The position numbers and the translations under genes were made by a program. Shown here in pieces: positions 39,001-51,271 of a stretch of 64,000 nt of DNA. How positions within the stretch are numbered: the stretch's first letter is position 1; the number at the start of each line of letters is the position of its first letter. This stretch comes from Adineta vaga (taxonomy: Eukaryota > Animalia > Rotifera). The DNA lies in assembly GCA_021613535.1 (NCBI GenBank), contig CP075492.1, forward strand, positions 2,480,001 to 2,544,000, in the 5' to 3' direction. Under the pieces are notes generated by a model that was not told the origin of the DNA, searched no databases, and was given only the letters and a program-made list of their open reading frames with translations.

Positions 39001-42000
39001 AATTTCTTTGTCCATAATAAATATTCCAAGTGATATTTTGTAATTTAGTACAATTTCCTTGACATGCTGAGAATAGAGCAACCTGTGTCGTAGGATTAAC
39101 AAGTTGAAATTCGACATGCGGTGTACATAAAGTGTGAATAATACAACTAAATATTATATATATTTATTAATTTTGATATAGAAAATCTTACCTCATAAGA
39201 ACCATATGTGGATGAGTATCTTCGATATTAACAAGTAAATAACCAGTTGCTTGAAGAGATGGACTTCGACGATTTGTCATGCGAATCATAAATTGATATG
39301 TTTGATTCGATTGAAATGAATATGATTGAAGAGTAGTTGATGATTTGATTGAATTAGAAAATAATATATTTGTTCGATTTATTAAACATGATGGATTTGA
39401 TGGATCATTTCTTGTATCATCGATAGTTAATAATGTATCATTGAGTTTTGGAAAATCATATAAACCATAGATTCGACAATAGTATTCATAATTCCAATCC
39501 TATTCAATGAAAATGAACAAAACAAAAATTCATATTTTTTTATATTTAAATTTACCGTGGCGTTAAAGATGTTTTCATCTGGATTTATTGAATATAGTCC
39601 TGGATTCATTTCAAGATCTTGTTCTCTTCCACGTGTAATCATTGATGTACCATATTGAATCAAATTGGCTTGAATTTCTGATAGAATTATTCGAACATAA
39701 ACAGATGATGCTATTGTTGAGTTTGAGAAATTAGCTGTTCTAACAGATAATATCAATTCATAGATTCCATATGATAATGTACGTGCAGGAATAGATAAAT
39801 CTGTTAATGTTGTTTTAATTGATGGATCTAGGTGAATCGAATTTGTACAATTTAAACTACAATTTAGAATTGTCCATTGAACAGTAAAGGATAAAGAAGT
39901 GTTACACAAGAATTCAATAAGTGAATGAATATATAAATCTTCACTATATCGAAATTCAATGGGAGATAATAATGTAGATTGACCAGGTTTCAGTGATACT
40001 CTTGGAATAAAACAAGAAGTTGTTTTAGTGCTAGTCGAAGTTGTTGAAGTACTTGTTGAAGTGCTTGAAGTGCTGGTCGAGGATGTTGAGGTAGTCGAAG
40101 TACTAGTGGATGTTGTGGAAGTGCTTGTACTACTGCTGGACGTTGTTGAAGTGCTGGTGGAGGAGGTCGAAGTAGTCGAGGTGCTAGTGGATGTTGTGGA
40201 AGTGCTTGTAGTGCTTGTTGAGGTACTTGAAGTGCTCGTAGAGGATGTTGAGGTACTAGTGGATGTTGTTGAAGTGCTGGTCGAGGTGCTTGTGGTGCTC
40301 GTAGAGGATGTTGAGGTACTAGTGGATGTTGTTGAAGTGCTGGTCGAGGATGTCGAAGTAGTGGAAGTGCTAGTAGAGGACGTTGAGGTGCTTGTAGTGC
40401 TGGTCGAGGTGCTTGTGGTGCTCGTAGAGGATGTTGAGGTGCTTGTAGTGCTTGTTGAGGTACTAGTGGATGTTGTTGAAGTGCTGGTCGAGGATGTCGA
40501 AGTAGTGGAAGTGCTAGTAGAGGACGTTGAGGTGCTTGTAGTGCTGGTCGAGGTGCTTGTGGTGCTCGTAGAGGATGTTGAGGTGCTTGTAGTGCTTGTT
40601 GAGGTACTAGTGGATGTTGTTGAAGTGCTGGTCGAGGATGTCGAAGTAGTGGAAGTGCTAGTAGAGGACGTTGAGGTGCTTGTAGTGCTGGTCGAGGTAC
40701 TTGAAGTGCTCGTAGAGGATGTTGAGGTACTAGTGGATGTTGTTGAAGTGCTGGTCGAGGATGTCGAAGTAGTGGAAGTGCTAGTAGAGGACGTTGAGGT
40801 GCTTGTAGTGCTGGTCGAGGTACTTGAAGTGCTCGTAGAGGATGTTGAGGTACTAGTGGATGTTGTTGAAGTGCTGGTCGAGGATGTCGAAGTAGTGGAA
40901 GTGCTAGTAGAGGATGTTGAGGTGGGTACTAGTGGATGTTGTTGAAGTGCTGGTCGAGGTGCTTGTGGTGCTCGTAGAGGATGTTGAGGTACTAGTGGAT
41001 GTTGTTGAAGTGCTTGTACTGCTGCTAGACGTTGTTGAAGTGCTGGTTGAGGATGTCGAAGTAGTGGAAGTGCTAGTAGAGGTTGTTGAGGTACTTGTGG
41101 TAGTTGTTGAAGTCGTGGTTGTTGGATCCAAAACATCAAGGATCCAGAATGTTGGATCAATGATTGCACCACTTTCAGCACCTTCAATCATTCATTATTT
41201 TAATTTTCTCTCTCATGCTCTAAATGATCATTTAAAAATTACTTACCACAAAATTGTTTTGCCAAAGCGACACCTAAAATGAAAAACAAAATTGAGATCA
41301 ATTAAGGCACAGAAATTCAAGTATACCTCTATCCATTGTCACATAATACAAGTGTCCAGGAATCCATGGTGCCACTGTAAAAATTGATGAGAATGCTATC
41401 ATTTTTGTATGTTACTTCTGGTGCCGAAGAACAATCAAATGTCGAAACATTTGTACTCGTATTAGCGTCATGAAAATAAATATTAACACCAGTACGCATC
41501 GGTCGATAAGGCTTTTTTGTAGCTAGAAAATATAAATAACATTTCGATCTTCGAAAAAAAAAATTTACAAGTTTTAGAAGGGAAGTTTTTCTACGAAAGT
41601 GTACTACATCGTATGCATATTATTATTTAGTGGATATAGATGTGGAAGATAGTAGTATTTTGTTCATATCCATACTTCTCAATAACAACAAAATATTTGA
41701 TCAGTGGAAAAGACTTAATGATCAGTATTTAGCCTAATGATAAGTTATAATATCTCTGCCAATATGAAACATATTACTTTGAATAGAGAAGAGAGTTTGA
41801 TCTTGAAGAATGAGAGCAGGCATTGCTGGTCTTATGATATCGATTGCTTCGGTATCAACCATGAATGTGAAGCACGATTGATTGGACGCAATTTGATTAT
41901 TATCTATAGCTATGGCACAGAAAAATTGTGGACCAAATTGAGCACTAGTGGGAATCCAGTTGAGGGTGATTTGATACGTTGCTAGTATAAAAGAGATAAA

Positions 42001-43174
42001 AACAACAGAACGAACGAAATAGAATATGTACTAACTAAGGTTAAGAGCAATAATATTACTCTTTATCATACCAACTGGAGAAGTAGTCTGAAACTGTACA
42101 ATACTTGTTCCAGGACAATAAGTTAGTGCTATAATGTATTCAGTAACAGAGGATCCAACAGGCACATTAAAACAAACTTGGAAAACAAATAATCATGAAC
42201 AATCAAATAGTATATAATAAGAGTATATATCCTACCTCCATTTGCTCGACCGCCAAAAATAGCTGGTGGAGTAGTACAACCGGCTGCCAGATTATAGCCA
42301 TAGAATAAAAACTGAATAGGAACCGAACTCATTGGTGTCACTGATGTACTATTATAATAATCTTCTACTTGTAATGCAACTCCTGCAAGTAAGAAGCAGT
42401 GGTAAGTGTAAAGATAATCGTACAATTATATGGAATGAGAACAGCACCGGGTACACCATTACATATTCCGCCACATTCATCATAGTTGTTGATATTAACC
42501 GTTGTATTACTCGTTGCCCATCGACATTTTATTATGTCAGTTGTATCATAATCAAATATTGGTATAGTATATATATATTGGACATTTACTGCTTTATAGA
42601 CGATAGGAACAATCATGCCAATGGGACTCGTGTTAATAAAGCCATCTGGTCGAAGAGCTGTGTTAATTCGACTAACAACATACCACGGTGTAGAACCTCC
42701 AACTATCAATTGATTCATCCAAGCACTGGAGGAATAATAAATACTGAATGCGATGTTGATCGGGACGGTAAATGCTTGAGAATATTCTCCAGAAGAAGTA
42801 TCCAGCGCAATGCTATAATCGGTACAATACGTTAGTAGGCTCATATTACTCCAATGAGTACAGTTGCCACTTGTACAAAGCATATAGGTCGCAGGCTGTC
42901 CGATCATAGGATTTTGTGCGGCAATAGAACCGTCATTGCAAAAATAGCTAACAGAAAAAGAACGGCGCCATGACCATCGTTCACGTACGATAAGAGTAAA
43001 TGTGGAACCTGATGGAGTATTATTGTAAGGACGCCTAGAAAATTCAAGTTTACATAAAATTATATAATACCTGCAAATAACTGACCATGTAATTATTCCG
43101 CCATAAAAATGAGAGGTATTAATAATCGGCATTTCCAAAAGCAAATAGACGAAAATCAAACGGTTGAACATCAT
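33002..43174 (-). CDS. Polycystin-1-like receptor/channel: Sib-like ectodomain - Ser/Thr repeat - REJ - GPS - PLAT - PKD channel (multi-exon; 3 apparent frameshifts in the 5' part)
   Basis: GPS TQCLSTHLTSFAGG; PLAT YEIIVFTG..AGT..IRIWHDNTG..SWFL; FSRPPSNRFTRVQR; channel LIGWATMRQLR, YPGGGY, WIDQQTRAVIIQFTLYNPN, CLSMFITII; REJ region ~37-39.9 kb; stop at 33004-33002. Frameshifts near 42388, 41381 and 40925. Confidence 0.8.
40020..41120 (-). repeat. Ser/Thr coding minisatellite with higher-order units
   Basis: The anchor tactagtggatgttgttgaagtgctggtcgaggatg recurs at 40317, 40461, 40605, 40728 and 40851 (spacings 144, 144, 123, 123 bp). Confidence 0.9.
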
Positions 43175-45322
43175 TTTCTAGAATACATAGCACCCACATA
43201 TTTTATATAGTAATTCTCTTACATCAGTTTACAGAAAGGTTTTAAAAAGATTGAACTGAGAGGGGACTTGCTGATTCTATTGTCTTGGCACCGTTAGAAT
43301 CTGAATAATACAATAAGTCCATCCGATAAATCGAAACGGTTTTAGGAAAACGGATCCTGCATTACTAGGGCCCTTGAGAATTTTAGGATCAACTGTTTCT
43401 TCATCAATTGAGCTGAAATTTTATTTCACTCTAAACAACTGTAATTTCCACCGATTTTAGAAAATTATCTACAGCTTTAAAGTATTCATTTGCTGCATTC
43501 CTTTTATACCAAGTATATGTGTATAACGCTTGAAAAGGAATATAAGATAAAAAGATAGACTTATACATGCACCTGTTAGTCATTGAAGTGCTTTAGTTAA
43601 GTACTGACGAGGATGTATAGTACAAATGGACAACTCAACCTGTGGAGTTAGTTTCTCAAAAATAATGGATAGTGTTAGAGAACCCGTAATTGCCTTTTAA
43701 TCGATTTGGTAGATTGAAAGTTTTTCTCAACAATTATGCTCACAAAGAAACCACATCAAGTGACAGAATTCTGTAAGACACATATTGAGCCCATCAAAGG
43801 AATTTTTCTCCAAAGATCTTTACTGACAAGTTGCGATCGTTTCGTTGACTTTCAATTATCCTTGAAACCCTTACTATAAAGTCAGACAGCAAAAATTTTA
43901 TTCAAAAACATTTGAATCACAATGATCGAATTGTTTAGTCTTCTTTGGCTAAATCTAAATCGTTTGAGATTGATACATATCTAATACAAGCAACCAATAA
44001 TACTCTCTATAGCTCAAGAAATCATAGCTTCGTTTGAGACTCAAAGGTTTCTTCTTCTACATTATGTCTCTGATTGATATTGATTAGAAGTCTAACTGAG
44101 TAGAATCTTACGAAAGTTAAATATGTTTCTTAGTCTAATAGTTATATCCTATTTCTTTCAGTTAGTTATTTTAAATCTTTCATCGCAAAAGTTACTTACT
44201 TTGAGATATGTTAATTTTCTATGAGTATTGCAGAAAAATGAAACAAAAAAAACAACCAATATAATATAAGAAAATCTTATTTTATATAGACGCAATTACT
44301 TCTAAGAAAAAAAACAAGGAGAAACAGTTTTCAGTATTTTTTGTGTAATATAATTGAGTGCAGTTTGTCAGGGTAAGGAGCAGTTTCTGAGAAAAACTTT
44401 ATTCTCGGAAATTAAAATGTATAAGCAAATGATGAACTACTCTTGGTAAAAGTTCATTATGCATCTTTAAAGTCTGTCAGTATAAAAATTGATCTGAAAT
44501 ATTTTTTCCTATAATGGTTTTGATTATAGGCACAGTTATAATTCTTTTTCTAATTGATTACATTGGAAATTAGATATATACATAAGTTTTATACTGTATC
44601 AAAGTTGTTTCTGGCAGAGACTTCCTATACATACTTCTTGTTGCAATAGGGTAGAAATGATTTAAATATAATCCTTTTAAACTGACAAAAAACTGTAGTA
44701 TGAAATTGATTGAAGTTCAGAATTTGTTTAAATTCTGCGTAAAAAGTATGATCATTGAATCCTGACCGTCCGTGCGAGTCAAACAAAAAGAAGTTAAGAG
44801 AGAAAAACTCTATCAATGGAGCAATAGCAACGATAGACATCATCAGGAAAAAGACAATTAACAAAATGTATATGCAAAATCTTTCCGATGTTTTTTATGC
44901 GCAAATTCATACGATGTACTTCTAGGAAATTTGTTTTTCTTTCTTCGAAAAGTCAATTAAATTTTTCATCGATTATTTACCTGTCCGATAAAGGAAATGC
45001 ATTCACAGAAACTAGTCTAGATATTCTAAAACAGCAACACCCAAATGGAGCACTTTTATATTGATTAGAATTGTTCCGATATTTTTTATGTTGCAATCAT
45101 GTTCTTATTACACGATGAGAGAAGAAATAATAAAAAAACTTCCGCAGAGAAAAACACTTGCACATTGATTTTACTTATGTAAAATACACAACCCTAACTA
45201 TAGTTCACAGAAAAAGTCTAGTTTTATGGAAATTATTTCTATGCAAACACGATATTTTTTTGAACAAGTACAATCGAACTTTTCCATACTCATGATTCTT
45301 CTTATGATATTAAACAGCTTGT

Positions 45323-45399
45323 TTAGGGTGTGGTGGGGTGGGTGTGAGTGTGGATGTGGATGTAGGTGAGTATTAAATCTATTTAACACCCACACTCAC
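45323..45399. repeat. Telomere-like palindromic element, copy 11
   Basis: ttagggtgtggtggggtgggtgtgagtgtgg...ttaaat-ct-atttaa-cacccacactcac. Confidence 0.8.
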
Positions 45400-45679
45400 T
45401 GCACATCGTTCCTATTTTACATTATGCGAGCAAATATCCTATCGAGCAAGTGTACTAGTGCGTCAATGTGCGAGCGAGCAACTGTCCGTTTTCCAAAGAT
45501 AGAGCTTTTCCCGCTCTGTCAGACATTATAGAAAGAATGTTATGTAAGCCTACTAAAAGATATTAAACTGTCACTGATCGTACTTTTGATATGCCCTAAG
45601 TATGTTTGTTTGTTTTTTTCAGAAAAAAAAAGATTATATATTGTATGAAAAATTAAATAAAACTATTTGGTCATTTAAT

Positions 45680-45990
45680 TATAATATGACGGAAGATCCA
45701 TTTAATCATTTATATTCGTCATAGAGAAATTATCAAACAATCTGTCAATTATTTTCCACATGCTACTAAATCAACGATTGTTTCTTCGCAATTTTCATTC
45801 GAAGAAATGAGGAAACTTTTACTACATGCACAAAATATTCATACATTAAAATTTAATTCAACTTTATTTGATCAAATTGATTTTTATTTGAAGATAGATT
45901 TAAAAAAAGTAATTATTTGTAGAACAATGATATTAAATAAAATTCAACTATTTACTATTCTCTTTCCTCGAATAGAATATCTTATTATTC
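45680..45990 (+). pseudogene. Fragment of an F-box/LRR-like family gene
   Basis: YFPHAT.., KLLLHAQNIHTLKF..LFPRIEYLII; frame broken; ends at the half-site acactcacaccctca (45992-46006). Confidence 0.4.
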
Positions 45991-46298
45991 GACACTCACA
46001 CCCTCATTTTTTATAAAAATACCTTTTTCATTAATATGCGTACATCTATTATCTCTAACTGTTCGAAATATAAAAAAAGAAGTCATCATTACTCTACTTT
46101 TCTTTTCATTCTCTTCATTGTTATACAGAATTTATTCTTTGCTACATGATGATACAGCATTATACACGAATAGTCCTTGTCATATAGAGAAAGAAAAAAA
46201 AGATAACAAATCTGAAGTATAAAAAAAAGAAAAAGTAAAATATAATATTGCAACATTACATTTTACTTTGTAATTTGAGAAAATATCTTTGAATAAAG

Positions 46299-47261
46299 AT
46301 GAAAATCTATTTTCTTTTCGTGATGATAATATCAAATTGTTTAGCTAAATTAGATTCACCACGAACTCTTCATGGTGTATTTTCTGATTCTAATACAACA
46401 CAAGTTTATTATGGATCATTTAATTATGATACAGAACAATTTAATATTTTCAATTCATTAAATATTAAGGATGTTGGTAATCCTAAACGTATAAAATATG
46501 ATGTTTTACCATTAACATATGATCCAAATGATGATGTTATTTATATGGCAGCACCAAATAATGATAATAGACCCATCTTAAGTGTTATTAATGCAACAAA
46601 TGGAAATTTAATATCAACATTTAAATCCATATCTAATACAATTATTTCTCTTCAATTTGATATATTTCAAAAACAATTATTTGCACATATTGAAACTGAG
46701 AAAGAAAATGTCACATTACTTGCAGAAATTGATACAAATAATGGAAATATTAAAGAAACTTTAGCAACAATTCGAGATAGTAAACCAACTCATATGTCAA
46801 GTTATTGTCCAATTTGTCGAAAATATTTTCTTATGATGATTGAAGATCAAAATTTTGTCTATGTTGGTGTTAATACAAGTAATCAAGGTGGTGTAGATTG
46901 GAAAGCAAAACTTAATTATTCACCTATAAGTATGAAATTTGATTATAAAACATTTACAATGTATACAACATATATAAATACAACTATTAGATATGTTTCT
47001 TCAATTGGAATTCTAAATCGAGCAACAGGTGGAATTAGTAAAAATGTTGGAATAATTGCTGATAGTCCAGATATTGGAATTAAGTCACTTTCAGCATTTG
47101 ATATTGCGGAAAAAATATTTTATGCGTCAGTTTCATTAGATGCGGTTTTTCCTGAAGGTGTTTCTTATGTTAATGTAGAGAACGCAAAATCAGGAGTGAT
47201 TTTTCTTACGAAAGCACAATACAATCCATATGCTTGGTTTGTAAAACAATTCGTTCATTAA
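46299..47261 (+). CDS. Secreted protein of unknown function (possibly beta-propeller)
   Basis: Intronless 320-aa ORF with signal peptide MKIYFLFVMIISNCLA; TATAAAA near 46218; AATAAA near 47269. Confidence 0.8.
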   Translation: MKIYFLFVMIISNCLAKLDSPRTLHGVFSDSNTTQVYYGSFNYDTEQFNIFNSLNIKDVGNPKRIKYDVLPLTYDPNDDVIYMAAPNNDNRPILSVINATNGNLISTFKSISNTIISLQFDIFQKQLFAHIETEKENVTLLAEIDTNNGNIKETLATIRDSKPTHMSSYCPICRKYFLMMIEDQNFVYVGVNTSNQGGVDWKAKLNYSPISMKFDYKTFTMYTTYINTTIRYVSSIGILNRATGGISKNVGIIADSPDIGIKSLSAFDIAEKIFYASVSLDAVFPEGVSYVNVENAKSGVIFLTKAQYNPYAWFVKQFVH

Positions 47262-47449
47262 AGAACGAAATAAACACTTTGATTGATAATTTTATTCAAA
47301 TAGGATTATTTTCAGAACATAAAATATATTCTTAAACATTTTGAGGGTGAACTAGAAACAAAAAACGAAGGATTGATAATGAATAAAATCTAAATAAATT
47401 TACAATTAGTATTTCCATTGTTTTTTATAACAACATATATATAATTGAA

Positions 47450-48445
47450 TATGATCCAGTTAATTACTTATGAATATTTAATAACCATTTATAGGAATGT
47501 GTCACTTGTAATAGACAAAGGTGATGGAACAGTTAAATATTAATCATTAAATAATTCACTAAAGAATATGATGATTAGAACGCGTATTTTATATTTAACA
47601 AAAGATCATTTTTTTACTTGATGTAGTCACTAAAGTTGGTGATAATGTATTACCAATTGATGAACACTTATATAAAAGTCTAACTTCTTGTATATCAATA
47701 AGACTCATATTATCATAGGGTTCAATTATAATATTAGGTTGAAGTGGCAGTTCTATTTTTGGAAGACCATTTGTTGTAAATGCATCCGATGGATAATGCA
47801 TAACTGAAGTATAATCATATGATGTATTTAGAGTATCTAATGTTGAATAATTTCCTTTATCAAAATTTAATCTCATACCTTCGAAAAACCTAAAAACGAC
47901 AACTAACTGAAATTTTGCCGACAAAATCCAACTGAAACTACTCGTCGGATTTGCGCTATAAAAACGTTTTCATAAGATCTAATAACTACGAATAAAAAAA
48001 TACTCTAATCCAAAACATGTAATAATTCATGCATAATAATTCTTTCATATAAACATACGAAACTATCTAATGTAACTGTACGAATTATTGTTAATCCCAT
48101 ATTTTGTCCAACCTAGAATATTATTGAAAATGTGTTTTTTGTTTATTAAATTCAATTATTTCTATATTATATAACATAAGATGAACAACTATATCCATTA
48201 TTAAATGATATAAGATAGATATCTGAAGAAATTTTTGGTCGAAAATGAATACATTGAACATTATTTATTGCTTCTAAATTTTCCATTTTGTGCATTGTCG
48301 ATGTTATAAATGCTTCTTCTGTTACTGACAAATAATACAATACAAACAAAAAATGCGAATTTGTTAATTTTTTTTTCTTTTTCAAAATATATCAATATTT
48401 ACAATATCCAGGTAAAAATTCATATGGTACAATACCATTTGGCCA
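47450..48445 (-). pseudogene. Astacin metalloprotease, pseudogenised
   Basis: WPNGIVPY, CIHFRP, IIMHELLHVL (HExxH) and YDYTSVMHY (Met-turn). Splice donors damaged, unrelated sequence at ~47880-48000, 5' part missing. Confidence 0.8.
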
Positions 48446-48490
48446 TGTGGGTGTTAGTGTTGACTGTAACATCATACCCACACCCGCAAG
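48446..48490. repeat. Telomere-like palindromic element, copy 12
   Basis: tgtgggtgttagtg...catacccacacccgcaag; the left arm is short and fused to astacin coding sequence. Confidence 0.75.
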
Positions 48491-48588
48491 ATTCTGAAGA
48501 TAAATAAATGTCATATAATAACTTATTAAAAGATCTTAACTATGATTGATATAAATATAATACCGAACAACATCAAAAGTTCACTCAT

Positions 48589-49539
48589 TTACATCATTGG
48601 TGCTGCTACTACATTCGGTTGGATATGTAGTGTTTTCATCACAAATGTCTTCAAGGGGTCTGTAAACAAAAATAAGCAAAACATTGTTGATACAGTTGCC
48701 ATATCCAAAAAAATATAACCTATCCGATCATGATATTTTACTGGAGTAGTAAAGAACGACATTACTATCATCACTACGTATGGAAAACAAACAGCAATCA
48801 AGGTCATCACTAATATTACAATACGACGAATCATTTTCAGTTCTCGTTTGGCTCGTGCTAAAGTGTTCGATGTGGTCACGTTATTCCCCATCTTTTTCAC
48901 ATATCGAATTAATTTAAAATATATCAACATAAGCATTGAGATTGGCACAGTATAATTCCATACGGTTCCATAAATAGTAGAGACAGATAGGTGAAGTTGA
49001 ATTTGACAGATTTGATTTTCCACCGTATATGTAATCTCATTAGTAAGAACACCTATAAAAGGGCATATAGTGCCGGATAGCCATGTTAAACAAATGAATA
49101 CACTTTGATATTCAACTGATTGAAACAATAGATGATTAGGATAAACAATAGTCATGTATCGATACAGAGCTTGCAAGAAAAACGAGAAGTTCAAAGCACA
49201 AAAGGCGGAATGAAAAATATAAACTCTAGCGATGCATAATGAATCTTGGTAGTGTATTTGTTTGAGATCATTTTGTAATGCGAATATTGCCATGGAAAAT
49301 GTCGAACAAGCCATAACAAGTGTAGCGAGAGATGTATTAGCTACTAGTAACATTGGAATAGTGTGACATGTTTTGTCAATGATGATAATGAAGAGAAAGA
49401 AGACGGCCACTATAATGACGAATACTGAGCAGATAATCATAAAAACATCGCCCGGAATAAACCAGAATTCAGTCGATATGGCTGTTGAGTTCTCAACAAG
49501 TGTATTTAATTCGATAGTAGTAGTAGTAGTTACAATCAT
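48589..49539 (-). CDS. Rhodopsin-like 7TM GPCR
   Basis: Intronless 316 aa with seven hydrophobic segments; QALYRY (DRY-like), ELKMIRRI, CFPY and TDP. Confidence 0.88.
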   Translation of the reverse strand: MIVTTTTTIELNTLVENSTAISTEFWFIPGDVFMIICSVFVIIVAVFFLFIIIIDKTCHTIPMLLVANTSLATLVMACSTFSMAIFALQNDLKQIHYQDSLCIARVYIFHSAFCALNFSFFLQALYRYMTIVYPNHLLFQSVEYQSVFICLTWLSGTICPFIGVLTNEITYTVENQICQIQLHLSVSTIYGTVWNYTVPISMLMLIYFKLIRYVKKMGNNVTTSNTLARAKRELKMIRRIVILVMTLIAVCFPYVVMIVMSFFTTPVKYHDRIGYIFLDMATVSTMFCLFLFTDPLKTFVMKTLHIQPNVVAAPMM

Positions 49540-50318
49540 GTCTTCAAAACAAGAAAATAAAGAATCAGTGCAAGTTTTGACAGGTGTTCATACAAATGCG
49601 ATATATCTTCCATCAGCCATGCATTAAATCATAATTTATTCCTTCTTCGAACGCATGATCTAGAATTAAATATGATGGATTATGACTTTCAAGAACTATA
49701 GAACTAATGAGTATAATATATATAAGTACCAGGAAAAATCTTTTCTTCTGAATCATTTCAAAATATATCGATCAAAAGAGAATACGTTCACGATATATAT
49801 ATATCACATTGACATGCGTATAATCTGCACAAGAATATTTTTTTAATATTATGCATGGATAACTATAATTTTTCTACTAATTTATATGCGTTGTTACTTT
49901 GCAACTAGATGTATTCAGATATAATTTTAAAAAAAAAAGAGTATTTTTTAAAAGAAACTACTTCCACTTGACTTATCTCACATTTATCAGAACATTGAAT
50001 AGAAAAAAAACGAACTGAGAAGACAAATTTTTAGCATTAAAGTTCTAAAATATGTTTTCTATTTGTCAAGCAATTAATGAATATAATCGAAGACTATATA
50101 TGAAGTATTGAAACTATTTTCAAGTGAAAATCAACACAACTACATGTTACTTTCTATTTTTAATAAAAGAAAACGTATTTTTTACAGCAAGTTATACAAG
50201 TAAGAAATGTTGTTGAATTCACTATTGAGAAAATGTTTTATTGTTTTTGTAGAAATGGTAACAAGAAACTATTCAATAGTTGTTACATTAACTTAGATGT
50301 AATATTTTCAATGTGAAA

Positions 50319-50378
50319 TTTGAGGGTGGGTGTGGGTGTGGGCGTTCTCTCGATCCATATACACACCCACCCCTCAAG
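50319..50378. repeat. Telomere-like palindromic element, copy 13
   Basis: TTTGAGGGtgggtgtgggtgtgggcg...acacacccacCCCTCAAG; complementarity extends into the flanks (50301-50399). Confidence 0.88.
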
Positions 50379-51271
50379 ATGATCATATATTGAAATATTC
50401 ATTCCAGCAACATAATGAATGCATGGGAAGATAGTCCATTATCAGATCTCTTAGATATGATCTGATTTTTCTACTAAAACCTCTTCTTTAATGGAAAAAT
50501 TTGATCATTTTTCACGACATATTTCCAACATTACTCAATTTTAGTATAAGATGAACCCAAATATTTTTTTTTGTTTGAAAGAGCGTCAAAAACTGCAGGT
50601 CCCATGAGAGTCAGTTTTTTGAACGAAGCTGTTTTATTATCATATTAAAAAAATATCTATATATTGAATGAAGATCTATAGAGAATTCTGGTGGACAAAA
50701 AAAAGCTATTTTTGACCCTTGTTTAGTTCATATTTACGTCAAACATCAAGATATCGAGCTGATAATTTTATCACAGCATCCACACTATATCCCTAACCTA
50801 TGCTCCAAATTTCAAACTGTTTGAACGTACATGAGTCGAGATCGGTTTTTGAGGTGGGGGGCCTTAACTTCTATTCTCGATAATTTTAGAGTTCATGTTG
50901 CATAAAATAAGACTATTCATTTTCATAGTTTTATCAATATTTTCTTTTTTTTTCTCAAAATTATTTAATGGTTTTATTATTATTTTTTTTAGTTACTTAT
51001 AAACATGAAATGTTCTAACATTCATCAGTTTGAAAGATATTTCATATTATGGCAAAAAAGCTTATAATATAATGATTTAAAGAAGAGAAAAATGAATAAG
51101 CAGTGGGATATAATATAACCCAAAAAGTCACTGGGCGTATTTGTTAGAAACTTATTTCTATACAAAAATGAATATTTCCAAGAAATATCTAGGAAAGCAA
51201 AAAGCGTGATGGATAAGCTGATGTTATTTCAATATAGCATTTAGAGTTTATACAGATCCAAACGATATTGA

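Noticed and set aside
40028-41282. Long + strand Val/Glu/Leu/Asp ORFs
   Set aside because: Antisense shadow of the Ser/Thr repeat in the polycystin gene.
43191-43202. CACCCACATATT shared with 58001-58012, both upstream of genes
   Set aside because: Only two copies at different distances and orientations relative to the ATG; cannot be distinguished from chance or half-sites.
43540-44100. Possible further mariner relics (also 57100-57300 and 59400-59700)
   Set aside because: Too degenerate to translate into convincing motifs.
50420-50870. Possible non-autonomous DNA transposon fragment (similar texture at 43360-43470, 47880-48000 and 1444-1560)
   Set aside because: No paired TIRs, TSD or clear second copy found in the window; needs a repeat-library search.
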